From IMG/VR virus record IMGVR_UViG_3300031861_000001, positions 1 to 64,000 of that record: a DNA stretch of 64,000 bases. One strand, written 5' to 3'. Every line of letters begins with the position of its first letter. The stretch's first letter is position 1. Shown here one piece after another: positions 1 to 8,192 of the stretch. The position numbers and the translations under genes were made by a program. Below the pieces are notes generated by a model. It searched no databases. It saw only the letters and a list, made by a program, of their open reading frames with translations, and was not told the origin of the DNA. The stretch is from a virus. Its lineage: Duplodnaviria > Caudoviricetes.

Positions 1-155
1 TATCCTACCTCATCATCATCTGATCCGAATGCTTGAAATACATCTTTGATTCCTATTGATTGTAAAAATGGGAATTTAGGATCTCTGTAGAACGAATATC
101 GAAACTGTTGCTCTAAAGACACCCTTAATTCTGCTTTTGATTGATCGTTAATCAT
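1..155 (-). CDS. hypothetical protein, runs off the window edge (partial)
   Basis: Not in ORF track. ATG at 155 overlaps TGA of the upstream gene (ATGA); the frame MINDQSKAELRVSLEQQFRYSFYRDPKFPFL... stays open to position 1. Confidence 0.55.
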   Translation of the reverse strand, partial: MINDQSKAELRVSLEQQFRYSFYRDPKFPFLQSIGIKDVFQAFGSDDDEVG

Positions 156-349
156 TTCTTCTTAGCTTTTTTAATTAAACCTTTTGCTTTCTTCTTTGCT
201 TTATGAACCTTCTTTTCTGCTTTTTGTTGAATTTCTTTTGTTTCTTTTTCTACACGATGTCGAGCAGCTGAGGCTTCTTCTTTTGCTGATTCCTTAACAC
301 TACCAAAGAGTTCTTTAACATGATGTTTTATTTTATGAATTATAGACAT
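152..349 (-). CDS. small Lys/Glu-rich hypothetical protein
   Basis: 65 aa ORF tightly packed between neighbours; charged and helical, no recognisable family. Confidence 0.6.
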   Translation of the reverse strand: MSIIHKIKHHVKELFGSVKESAKEEASAARHRVEKETKEIQQKAEKKVHKAKKKAKGLIKKAKKK

Positions 350-352
350 AAT

Positions 353-646
353 CTATACCTTTCGTTTCATTGTGTTTATTATATTTTTATCAGAATATCC
401 GGATATATGGTTTTTATCTGCTTCAAGTAATATTTCTTTTACATCCTTAAATTCAAAGAAAACTCCATGACCCGCTGATTTTAATGGTTCCAACCCGCCA
501 TATTTGTAAGTGCCCCAGAGAGAAAACTCACCTGTCTTTCCTGGAACAATTGTAGTACTATAACCGTTATTATTCATTTCGACAGCCAGAGCCTCTGCCT
601 GTGATTTATATCCTCAAGATGAACAATATTTAATTGTAAAACTCAT
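353..646 (-). CDS. SelW/Rdx-family selenoprotein (CxxU), 97 aa with in-frame UGA
   Basis: ATG at 646 overlaps the TGA of the upstream gene (ATGA) and is in frame with the 74 aa ORF at 577. It reads MSFTIKYCSS-UGA-GYKSQAEALAVEMNNNGYSTTIVPGKTGEFSL, matching the Rdx pattern I-x-Y-C-x-x-U-G-Y...A..LA.E...G..G.F. The UGA is at 616-614. Confidence 0.85.
582..602 (-). promoter_or_regulatory. candidate bacterial SECIS hairpin
   Basis: ACAGGCAGA-GGC-UCUGGCUGU gives 8 pairs with one G.G mismatch and a G-initial apical loop. It begins after exactly 11 nt (GGAUAUAAAUC) downstream of the UGA. Confidence 0.7.
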
Positions 647-897
647 TCTTTGTCCTTTATTTTTGTATCAGGATAAGGCCAAGAATGCTTTAAAGTTTCA
701 AGCTTAGCCAAATATTCTTCCTGTCTCCTATGGTCCTTTAACGAATAGCATCGCAAACTTAGTTCATCCAGATCATCGTTTGTTAAGTAAGGTAGAAAAG
801 AATTAACCGCGCCTAGTATATTTTTATGAGAATACAACATCTCTTTTCCATCAACATACACTCTAATTGTTGCCTTATTGTCTTCCTTCAGTCCCAC
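643..897 (-). CDS. hypothetical protein
   Basis: 84 aa ORF, translationally coupled (ATGA) to the Rdx gene. Confidence 0.6.
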   Translation of the reverse strand: MGLKEDNKATIRVYVDGKEMLYSHKNILGAVNSFLPYLTNDDLDELSLRCYSLKDHRRQEEYLAKLETLKHSWPYPDTKIKDKE

Positions 898-1058
898 AAG
901 TCTTTATCCCAATCCTTACGAAAGTGTTCGTGGTGCTCTTTTTTAGATTTTCCAATTCCAGCACGTTTACGTTTTTCTTCATCCGAAATTGGTACGTACC
1001 TTCTATTATTACCAAAACCTATAACATCATAATCTCTAGGATTGTAAAATTTTGACAT
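888..1058 (-). CDS. small hypothetical protein (56 aa)
   Basis: The likely start is MSKFYNPRDY at 1058, just after the stop of the 163 aa gene. The track's upstream extension overlaps that gene. Confidence 0.55.
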   Translation of the reverse strand: MSKFYNPRDYDVIGFGNNRRYVPISDEEKRKRAGIGKSKKEHHEHFRKDWDKDLWD

Positions 1059-1059
1059 A

Positions 1060-1551
1060 TTATTCCTCTGGATTTTTTTGTGGTATGTTAGATTCATAGT
1101 TCCATTCATAGAAACTGACATCTCCGCCGATTGTGTGTCCGCCCGCATGCTCTCCGTTTTCTTTTCCACCATCGCGATAGTGTTCAGTTATATCTTCACT
1201 CAAAACCATAAACTTTCCTTCTTCTGATTTTCCCTTTACGCCTTCTAATGCATTGTGAACTTCCCTTGAATACACAATCTTATAAGATATTGGTACTCGT
1301 TCTTTATCAATAACCCACACATAAATCCAATTTGGTTCATCAATATAATGCTTGAGATATAAGCCTTGTTTTGGATTCTCAAACTTTGGATATCCCAAGA
1401 TCGCTGTATATGTCTTATATGTTGATGTTACTAATACAAGGAGAAGTGGAATGAACCAAATTAAAAATTTAGGACTCTTTCTCCCCTCTATCAACAGCCA
1501 TAAGCATATGACTGACAGCAGTACCAATCCGAAAATCAACAGTTCGACCAT
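1060..1551 (-). CDS. membrane protein with two N-terminal TM segments, third gene of the Mot/Exb-like module
   Basis: Hydrophobic MVELLIFGLVLLSVICLWLLI and FLIWFIPLLLVLVTSTY followed by a soluble domain; overlaps the stop of the MotB-like gene. Confidence 0.7.
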   Translation of the reverse strand: MVELLIFGLVLLSVICLWLLIEGRKSPKFLIWFIPLLLVLVTSTYKTYTAILGYPKFENPKQGLYLKHYIDEPNWIYVWVIDKERVPISYKIVYSREVHNALEGVKGKSEEGKFMVLSEDITEHYRDGGKENGEHAGGHTIGGDVSFYEWNYESNIPQKNPEE

Positions 1552-2285
1552 TATCGTCTTTCTTCATGTGCTGGATTATTGTCTGAACTAGTTTCATATG
1601 CGGCAGCACCAGAACCTTGATAATTTCCTGTGGCCATCAAAGGAGTTACAAAATCCTTTTTTTCAAATGTAAAAGGTGTAAGAACTGTTCCGTCCTTATC
1701 TAGTCTAAACCTTACAAAAGTTTCTTCCTGTCCTTTACCAAAGAATTTCTTTTCTCCGACCCACATAATTGTATAAGGATTAACTTTATGTAATTCTATT
1801 TTTACTGTTAGTTCTTTTGATTTCTTTTTACGTACGGTGGAGCCCATTTCAATTCTGTTGTCTATGTTTGAATAGTCCCTTTCAGAATAATAATGAGCAT
1901 TGATAATATATTCTCCTGCAATGATTCCTCTAATAGTTATAACTTCCCTATTGATTCTTACAGTTGATACAGTACCATCTGCATTGACTACTGTATCATT
2001 AGCTGAACCCAAATCATCTTTATCCAGATGCATGAAGTTTGCGACAGTTCTTCTAAAACTACAGTTCGCACCTAAAGGATCTTCTATATAAAGATCAATG
2101 TCACCTTTTGCTTCTTTATCCCATTCCATTATAACAACGAATTCTGCATTTCTATCAAAATCTTTTTTCTTTGCCTCTGGTTTAATTAGAAGAAATGCTA
2201 TTATGAAAAGAAACGCAAATCCAACAAGGATGTTGAAAAGCAGATCTGTAAAACCAATGGTGGACTTATATTTTTCATTATTCAT
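1551..2285 (-). CDS. MotB/ExbD-like single-pass protein with YfaP/DUF2135-like periplasmic domain
   Basis: TM helix GFTDLLFNILVGFAFLFIIAFLL carries the MotB/ExbD-type Asp. It is followed by EW...DIDLYIEDP.G...HLDKDDLG...NREVITIRG...GEYIINAHYY, a YfaP-like pattern. Confidence 0.7.
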   Translation of the reverse strand: MNNEKYKSTIGFTDLLFNILVGFAFLFIIAFLLIKPEAKKKDFDRNAEFVVIMEWDKEAKGDIDLYIEDPLGANCSFRRTVANFMHLDKDDLGSANDTVVNADGTVSTVRINREVITIRGIIAGEYIINAHYYSERDYSNIDNRIEMGSTVRKKKSKELTVKIELHKVNPYTIMWVGEKKFFGKGQEETFVRFRLDKDGTVLTPFTFEKKDFVTPLMATGNYQGSGAAAYETSSDNNPAHEERR

Positions 2286-2736
2286 TTAGCGCCACTTCAA
2301 GATTCACTAACTGAACTTTAATGATAAGTGAACATATCAATCCAACCAGCGTTGTCCAAAGTGCTGTACTCATTCCTAGTGCCATGTCTGATAATGCTTG
2401 TTGTAATGTTACTGCATTCGATACATCCACATTTGCGAATGCAGTTCCTAACATTACTAGAAAACCGGTAACTGTTCCTACCATTCCAAGTGCAAGACAT
2501 GATTCTGATATGAACCATCCTACATCACTTTTTTGATCATAATCTTGTTGTATTCCAACCTTATAAGTTTTTGTGCCTATCCAAATCGAAGTGCAACCAA
2601 AAATAAACAGTATAAGATAACTCAGTTTAGTTATATCAGACTCATATAAACTCATATGAATATCGAAATACAGACTAACACTAATTCCTAGTATGATCAA
2701 ACAAAATATTAACCACCATTTCAATACAGACTTCAT
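2278..2736 (-). CDS. MotA/TolQ/ExbB proton-channel family protein
   Basis: About four TM segments; LGMVGTVTGF...GMSTALWTTLVGL signature; strong GGAGAGG RBS upstream. Confidence 0.85.
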   Translation of the reverse strand: MKSVLKWWLIFCLIILGISVSLYFDIHMSLYESDITKLSYLILFIFGCTSIWIGTKTYKVGIQQDYDQKSDVGWFISESCLALGMVGTVTGFLVMLGTAFANVDVSNAVTLQQALSDMALGMSTALWTTLVGLICSLIIKVQLVNLEVALNE

Positions 2737-2754
2737 CAGTTACCCTCTCCTAAT

Positions 2755-2880
2755 TTAAAATACTTCATGTGCTTTTAAAATCGCACCTATAATTCCTATA
2801 ACAAAAGGAATAGATGCAAAATAATATCCATAGGAAACTACGAATATAACAGTTTCTTCAATGTAATCAAATACAGCCAT
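2755..2880 (-). CDS. 41 aa single-pass membrane protein
   Basis: Not in track. MAVFDYIEETVIFVVSYGYYFASIPFVIGIIGAILKAHEVF fills the gap between the lipoprotein and motA-like genes. Confidence 0.55.
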   Translation of the reverse strand: MAVFDYIEETVIFVVSYGYYFASIPFVIGIIGAILKAHEVF

Positions 2881-3172
2881 GAGTCTCGTATCTTACTTGC
2901 GTCCAAAGTTTTCCCTCTTCATCATATTTCATTCGTATCATGTTCCCATGAGAATCACAATAATGAGAATAGATTGAATTGTTGATCTCAAAAAATCCTG
3001 CTGATTGAAGCCCTACTAATTTTTCTCTAGGTAAATACTGCGAAGCAACTACCCATTTAGGCGGATAAGCTTCTTCAGTTGATGGGGCGCAAGAAGTAAG
3101 TAACAAAATGGTAACAATTGTTAATATTATTTGCATTAAATTAAGAATAACTAAATTTAAAATTGTTTTCAT
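2867..3172 (-). CDS. predicted lipoprotein
   Basis: Hydrophobic N-terminus ending in the lipobox LLLTS-C. Confidence 0.65.
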   Translation of the reverse strand: MKTILNLVILNLMQIILTIVTILLLTSCAPSTEEAYPPKWVVASQYLPREKLVGLQSAGFFEINNSIYSHYCDSHGNMIRMKYDEEGKLWTQVRYETHGCI

Positions 3173-3261
3173 TCTTCTCTACATTCTAATAATTGTCTTT
3201 TATTATAATATATTTTGTCTTGGATGTCAAGTATTTTTTTGTTGAATATATCTCTATCCAT
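3169..3261 (-). CDS. possible small ORF (30 aa from ATG; frame open to 3333)
   Basis: MDRDIFNKKILDIQDKIYYNKRQLLECREE ends with an ATGA overlap onto the lipoprotein start. Confidence 0.35.
   Translation of the reverse strand: MDRDIFNKKILDIQDKIYYNKRQLLECREE
3202..3230 (-). promoter_or_regulatory. consensus sigma70 (early) promoter
   Basis: TTGACA-17 nt-TATAAT, upstream of the lipoprotein/motAB-like/selenoprotein genes. Confidence 0.85.
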
Positions 3262-3321
3262 ATTTAGGATGTCTATTATTTGAGCTATTATTGCTTGATG
3301 TCTATCTTTCCCTGCTGGGTT

Positions 3322-3350
3322 TCGGGTGATTAATCATACTAATCACCCGA
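3322..3350. other. perfect 11 bp inverted repeat (hairpin)
   Basis: TCGGGTGATTA-atcatac-TAATCACCCGA, just downstream of the B12 radical SAM stop; no U-tract. Confidence 0.7.
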
Positions 3351-3361
3351 TCCGGGTTGCA

Positions 3362-5164
3362 TCATACAAAAAATCTCTCTGCTCTCCTACCCCACCACAT
3401 ACATTCGCGAGCCCACTTTTCTAAGTTACCATTATAGACTTTGTAAGGGTCTTTCATCTTATTGTATTGATCATTAACTATTGAATATTCAAAACCATAT
3501 TCATCTTTTAAGTAGTCACCTACTTCTCCATAGAAACGGTCTTTTTCTTTAGCAATATGTATAGCGGTTGCTTCTTCATATTCCCAATATATATTAGAAG
3601 CTCCTGGAACTTTACGTCCCCATGGAATCTCTCTATCAAATACCTTCTTTAATAGTCTCATTGTTACTGTATACTCTCTATACAATAATGATCTGTCGTT
3701 GTTTGTAAACCATTCAAATAATCCATTATAAAACTCTCTCATTGATATGTTATGATTATTCTTTAATTCTAAAGCTAATATTCTAAGCCATCCTAAGAAA
3801 TGTAGAGATATCATAAACCACTTCCATCCTGTTGCTTCTAAGTAATCATCAAACGACATATTATTAGAGCCGACTACTACATCATTAACATCTTCTAATA
3901 ATTGGTCTGGTGGATGCTCATGATGGAAAAATGCGGGTGATGTTTGTTTTATTTGTACACCATATTTTTTAAGATATTCGGGATCTCCAAATGGAGTATT
4001 AGGAAGAGCAACCATTACATATATTCCAATATAATTATGATAATTTACATCGTCAATCAATCTATAGAGCCCCTCCTTAAAACTATCTAATGATTCCTCC
4101 GGTAGGCCGAGAATAGTTTCTATATAAGCGGGCATGCCCCTCCATTTTAAATTTGCTAATACCTCTCTTAGATTAGTATTTTCATTAGTTCTTTCGATCG
4201 CTTTTAATGTAAGTGAATTCATCGACTGTAGAGCGATCGTGACACTTTTATTAAGACCAACCTTCCATAAGTCTTCTGCTATATCAAATAAGTATGGTTT
4301 TTTATGTTTAGCCCACGTTATATTAAGTGCATTAGGATAACCAGCTGTTTTAAGTTTATCTATAAGTAAATCAGATATAATCTTATGTTCCTTATACATG
4401 CCGAAATTGTTATCGATAAGGTGAAGATACTCTATCTTTTTATCTGATATCCAATCAATCTCTTTTACTAACTTGCTATAATCTTGTTTAAATATTTTAG
4501 TCCAATGCCTATCACCCACTTCGCAGAATGTACATGTATATGGACAACCGCGTTCTAATTCTACTAAACTTTCCCATGCATATGTGTGATTTTTAATTGC
4601 TATAAGATCATCGAACATTCCATTAAGATATGGACTAGGCATTGAAGAGATATCTTTTATTCTACTATCTAACGGTGTTGTAAAGAAAGGAGTCGTAATT
4701 CCTTTAACAGGTTTTAAATCTTCCTTCCGATGTAATGCTTTCAATACATTCTTAAATACTATCTCGCCTTCATAATGTACTATAACATCAATAAAAGGCC
4801 TGTCTTCTAAAAATTTATCACACCGACCATATTTGGGTATACCTAGTCCGCCATATATGATTACACATTTAGGATTTATTCGTCTTACTTTAGCACACAG
4901 CTTATCACTTACATGAGTATTCCATACAAAATATGAAACACCTATAATATCACATTCTGCTAATTGTTGGGCAGTCTTATCTATATCGAATTCACCATCA
5001 AGCACATAAATCCAATCATGAACATCGAAAGAATAATTATTTGTAATCTCTGTATCAGTCTCACAATAACTCCAGATACAGCCCGTAGAATAAGGCAACT
5101 TAATCTGATTAGAAAATATATGTGATAACTCGACGAAAGCAATACGTTTCTTATTAGAAGTCAT
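3362..5164 (-). CDS. cobalamin-binding radical SAM enzyme (class B methylase-like)
   Basis: N-terminal B12-binding domain (DIIGVSYFVWN...IIYGG) and the motif ERGCPYTCTFC. Confidence 0.9.
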   Translation of the reverse strand: MTSNKKRIAFVELSHIFSNQIKLPYSTGCIWSYCETDTEITNNYSFDVHDWIYVLDGEFDIDKTAQQLAECDIIGVSYFVWNTHVSDKLCAKVRRINPKCVIIYGGLGIPKYGRCDKFLEDRPFIDVIVHYEGEIVFKNVLKALHRKEDLKPVKGITTPFFTTPLDSRIKDISSMPSPYLNGMFDDLIAIKNHTYAWESLVELERGCPYTCTFCEVGDRHWTKIFKQDYSKLVKEIDWISDKKIEYLHLIDNNFGMYKEHKIISDLLIDKLKTAGYPNALNITWAKHKKPYLFDIAEDLWKVGLNKSVTIALQSMNSLTLKAIERTNENTNLREVLANLKWRGMPAYIETILGLPEESLDSFKEGLYRLIDDVNYHNYIGIYVMVALPNTPFGDPEYLKKYGVQIKQTSPAFFHHEHPPDQLLEDVNDVVVGSNNMSFDDYLEATGWKWFMISLHFLGWLRILALELKNNHNISMREFYNGLFEWFTNNDRSLLYREYTVTMRLLKKVFDREIPWGRKVPGASNIYWEYEEATAIHIAKEKDRFYGEVGDYLKDEYGFEYSIVNDQYNKMKDPYKVYNGNLEKWARECMWWGRRAERFFV

Positions 5165-6155
5165 ATTGTTCTAATTTACCTTCTCTATGTAAGTCCAGAG
5201 TCACACAATGGAATCCGCCACCTAACGTCTTTGCGTGTCGTAGTTGTAATGGTATTGAATCTATACCCCACTTTTTTAACTCTTTCATTAGTGGCGTTTG
5301 ATTTCTATCTACAATAACTACTCTTTCATTAATACTTAAAATATTTAATCCTATCGCACTGGATGATATCGCACTGTTTTCAGAGTGTTGGTCTATTATA
5401 TCTGTAAAGAATATCTTATCCCACTTCTTAAATATTTCAGGATAGTTGTCTTTACTACATCTATGCCCGTTTAATAATACGAGGCCTGGTCTTAACGGTA
5501 TTACTGTGCTATCAAAATGTGCTCCTGAATACTGATATGCTAGATGTATAGTATATTCGGGGAATGTGCGCTTTAACCAATCATATCCTTTTTCATTACC
5601 ACTATTACTCACCTGATATAATAAATCTGTACCTAATCTAACGACATTAGGAGCATCGAACATAATTTCTATGTTTTGTAACGTGGGCTTAGATAAATCA
5701 GTAAAACTAAATGACTTATCTAAGTATTGTGGGGTGGGTGCTTGTATCCATTTTCCATAACTATCAATATTATTCAATATGTGTTTATATGCAAATGATT
5801 CATTTATTCTTTCACTCATTACACATGGTGTTTCAATGATAATATCATTTAACACTAAGAATATATCACGTGGACAATAATTCATCCAACCATATACTCT
5901 TTTTTCAGGTCTATATACACGGATATGTAAATCATTTAATGTCTTTGATAGCAGATCTAAATCTTCCTCGGTTTCTTTTATAACACGAGCTGGATATATC
6001 CACGGTTTACATATACTAACTATCTCTGAATCAGATAGATTAGCAAACATAAAGTTTTTCATAGAGGGATTTAGTGGAGGGATCCTTGCGCCTGTTACAT
6101 CTCCAACGATTACTTCTTTAAGAGGATCCCAACCATTATTCGTAGATAAAATCAT
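5154..6155 (-). CDS. amidinotransferase (AGAT/StrB1 family)
   Basis: NGWDPLKEVIVG, NYCPRD, FDAPN, AHFDST and GGGFHCVTLD; the Asp-His-Cys triad is intact. Confidence 0.9.
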   Translation of the reverse strand: MILSTNNGWDPLKEVIVGDVTGARIPPLNPSMKNFMFANLSDSEIVSICKPWIYPARVIKETEEDLDLLSKTLNDLHIRVYRPEKRVYGWMNYCPRDIFLVLNDIIIETPCVMSERINESFAYKHILNNIDSYGKWIQAPTPQYLDKSFSFTDLSKPTLQNIEIMFDAPNVVRLGTDLLYQVSNSGNEKGYDWLKRTFPEYTIHLAYQYSGAHFDSTVIPLRPGLVLLNGHRCSKDNYPEIFKKWDKIFFTDIIDQHSENSAISSSAIGLNILSINERVVIVDRNQTPLMKELKKWGIDSIPLQLRHAKTLGGGFHCVTLDLHREGKLEQYDF

Positions 6156-6894
6156 TATTACTAACTTTTGTTATATGATCTGTAAAATTATTGGATCCAT
6201 TTAGAAAAGCATTTAAGTTATTATATAATATTTCATGATTATATTGGGATAAATGATTTCTCCTATCGTCAACATCTTTAGCTTCCTTCTCTCCTTCAGC
6301 TACATCTGATAAAGAATATGGATACAGTAAAAAATTATCATTATCCGTTAAAGCCAATCGTGACCTGAATAATAACGAAATCTCTTTTAACGTAAGTCCA
6401 TATATAGACGCATGCGGATACGAAATAAAACAGGAAATTGTTTTAATGTTAAATAAGAATGAATTCATCCATAGCATTGATAAATTTTTATAGTTGCTCC
6501 ACAATAACTCATCTCTCATTGTTTTAAACATATAATCTATTTCTAATCTATGTTTATGATAATATTCTTTTTCCTTAACGAGTTTTGAGTTATCAGCAAA
6601 CCAACTTTGATCTGCTACAAAATCCCAATTTATATGAGATATGTGTTGAGGATCTGCATTAGGAAATGCTATTCTATCTTCCCCACTTAATAAGAATATA
6701 ATTATACACTCATCTTTGTAGGGTTCATTCCTTATAAAATCATAATAGTTCTTAATAGAATAGTGAGGGCCGGTTCCAGCTAAGCAATGATTCGTGACTT
6801 CATAGCCTTTAAACATCTCATACCAAGCTGTAGCCTTTTTCTTATTATAGTCAGGATCACCAAAACTATCACCAAAGATTATTATCTTATTCAT
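6136..6894 (-). CDS. SGNH/GDSL-like hydrolase or acyltransferase
   Basis: N-terminal IIIFGDSF and C-terminal RNHLS...HEIL motif. Confidence 0.55.
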   Translation of the reverse strand: MNKIIIFGDSFGDPDYNKKKATAWYEMFKGYEVTNHCLAGTGPHYSIKNYYDFIRNEPYKDECIIIFLLSGEDRIAFPNADPQHISHINWDFVADQSWFADNSKLVKEKEYYHKHRLEIDYMFKTMRDELLWSNYKNLSMLWMNSFLFNIKTISCFISYPHASIYGLTLKEISLLFRSRLALTDNDNFLLYPYSLSDVAEGEKEAKDVDDRRNHLSQYNHEILYNNLNAFLNGSNNFTDHITKVSNNDFIYE

Positions 6895-7598
6895 ATTAAT
6901 GTATAATAATTACCTATTCTATAAAATTCTTTTTGTTCAATTAATTTGCCTCTTTTTTTAATTAGCTTATCTGTTAAAATGCTAACGTCATACTTACTAT
7001 GGGGCAATGCTTTAAAATCTAAAGTCACTCTACTATTTTTTGATCTATTATATACATACCCTCCATGATGATGAATATTGTTAAAATATAACATCTCTCC
7101 ATATTTGTTTGTATACATTTCATCCTCTACAAACAATCCGTTATCTTCATCCATATCTGTAAGAGGCAATACAAAGGTTGTTTCAAATATAGGGTGATAA
7201 AAGGGTGACTCTTGATCTAAATGCCGATTAACTTTTCTTCCATCGATTTCTATAGGATTTTCTACATAGAGCCATTCATATCCAGATGGAAATATCTTAA
7301 TAGAGGGAAGCTCTTGGACTACAATCTTTTCCTCATCAAAAATAGGTTTTAATACTTTTTGTTGAAACTCTTTCCACCTCAATTTAAATTCCCAGCCATT
7401 ATGAACTACTTCTTTAAATAGTTTTTCAATTAGACCATAAAATGTATTATCATCAGGGTCTTGAATACCACCTTTTGTATTATATGGCGAGGGTTTTAAA
7501 TCATGATTTGCATGGATATCTTCTAAAGGTCCTAAACATCCTTCAAACATAAGCTTAAACTGATAATATGCTGCGTTATATTCTATTACATTAATCAT
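6891..7598 (-). CDS. StrG-like / 2OG-Fe(II) dioxygenase-fold protein
   Basis: HLD, FVLPLTD and GEMLYF...HHHGG...N...SRVTLDFK motifs. Confidence 0.55.
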   Translation of the reverse strand: MINVIEYNAAYYQFKLMFEGCLGPLEDIHANHDLKPSPYNTKGGIQDPDDNTFYGLIEKLFKEVVHNGWEFKLRWKEFQQKVLKPIFDEEKIVVQELPSIKIFPSGYEWLYVENPIEIDGRKVNRHLDQESPFYHPIFETTFVLPLTDMDEDNGLFVEDEMYTNKYGEMLYFNNIHHHGGYVYNRSKNSRVTLDFKALPHSKYDVSILTDKLIKKRGKLIEQKEFYRIGNYYTLI

Positions 7599-7956
7599 TT
7601 TTTATCCTACAGATGTGATTACAACAGCCTGGTAAAGTTTTTTCATCTTTCCAATATTCGGGTTTTATATGTTGACGCCAAATTTCTAAAATATCTTTTA
7701 ATTTATTATGCTTTAAATTATTCCAATCTTTGTCCATGCTATCTAATTTTTTATCGAAGTATGTATCATTTAGTTGATGCTCAGCGTGGAGAGAACAGCA
7801 GGGATAAACGGAGAAATCAGATGCAACTTCAACCTCTTTCCATTCTTTATTTTCATGCCATCCTATACAATAAACTAAATCTTCATGATCTTCAGACAAA
7901 TTCCGAGCTGTTTTGTTTATTTCTTTTGGCAAATTTTTATACAGCGGGGTGGACAT
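7591..7956 (-). CDS. stand-alone SPASM/Twitch-like Fe-S domain protein
   Basis: C...VASDFSVYPCC...LPGCCNHIC; start uncertain because of a 40 nt overlap with the upstream gene. Confidence 0.65.
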   Translation of the reverse strand: MSTPLYKNLPKEINKTARNLSEDHEDLVYCIGWHENKEWKEVEVASDFSVYPCCSLHAEHQLNDTYFDKKLDSMDKDWNNLKHNKLKDILEIWRQHIKPEYWKDEKTLPGCCNHICRIKND

Positions 7957-8192
7957 GTTTTATCATCTTTCCAATTTTCTTCATTTAAAACTTTACTAAA
8001 CTCATTGCGTATATTTTCTATAGTATTAGTTCTTAAGTTATTATCAATATGAGAGATACATTCATCTACTTTACCAAATTCTAAATGCTGCAAATATATA
8101 TGACAACATGGCCATATATTCATATCCATATCTATTTCATATTGATCCCATATTTTAAACTTAGTATTATAAAATCCACATTCTATTTGCAT
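7917..8192 (-). CDS. stand-alone SPASM/Twitch-like Fe-S domain protein
   Basis: IEC...IDMDMNIWPCC...CPPRCIKIC. Confidence 0.7.
   Translation of the reverse strand: MQIECGFYNTKFKIWDQYEIDMDMNIWPCCHIYLQHLEFGKVDECISHIDNNLRTNTIENIRNEFSKVLNEENWKDDKTCPPRCIKICQKK

Noticed and set aside
614-616. Genome-wide UGA reassignment (alternative code) as the explanation for the in-frame UGA
   Set aside because: TGA ends many genes here, often in ATGA overlaps, and Trp is encoded by TGG. The read-through is local and lies at a CxxU position.
1551-2736. Canonical Zorya defence system or flagellar stator
   Set aside because: The MotA-like protein has no long ZorA tail, the partner has no OmpA-type domain, and there are no zorC/D/E or flagellar genes in the window.
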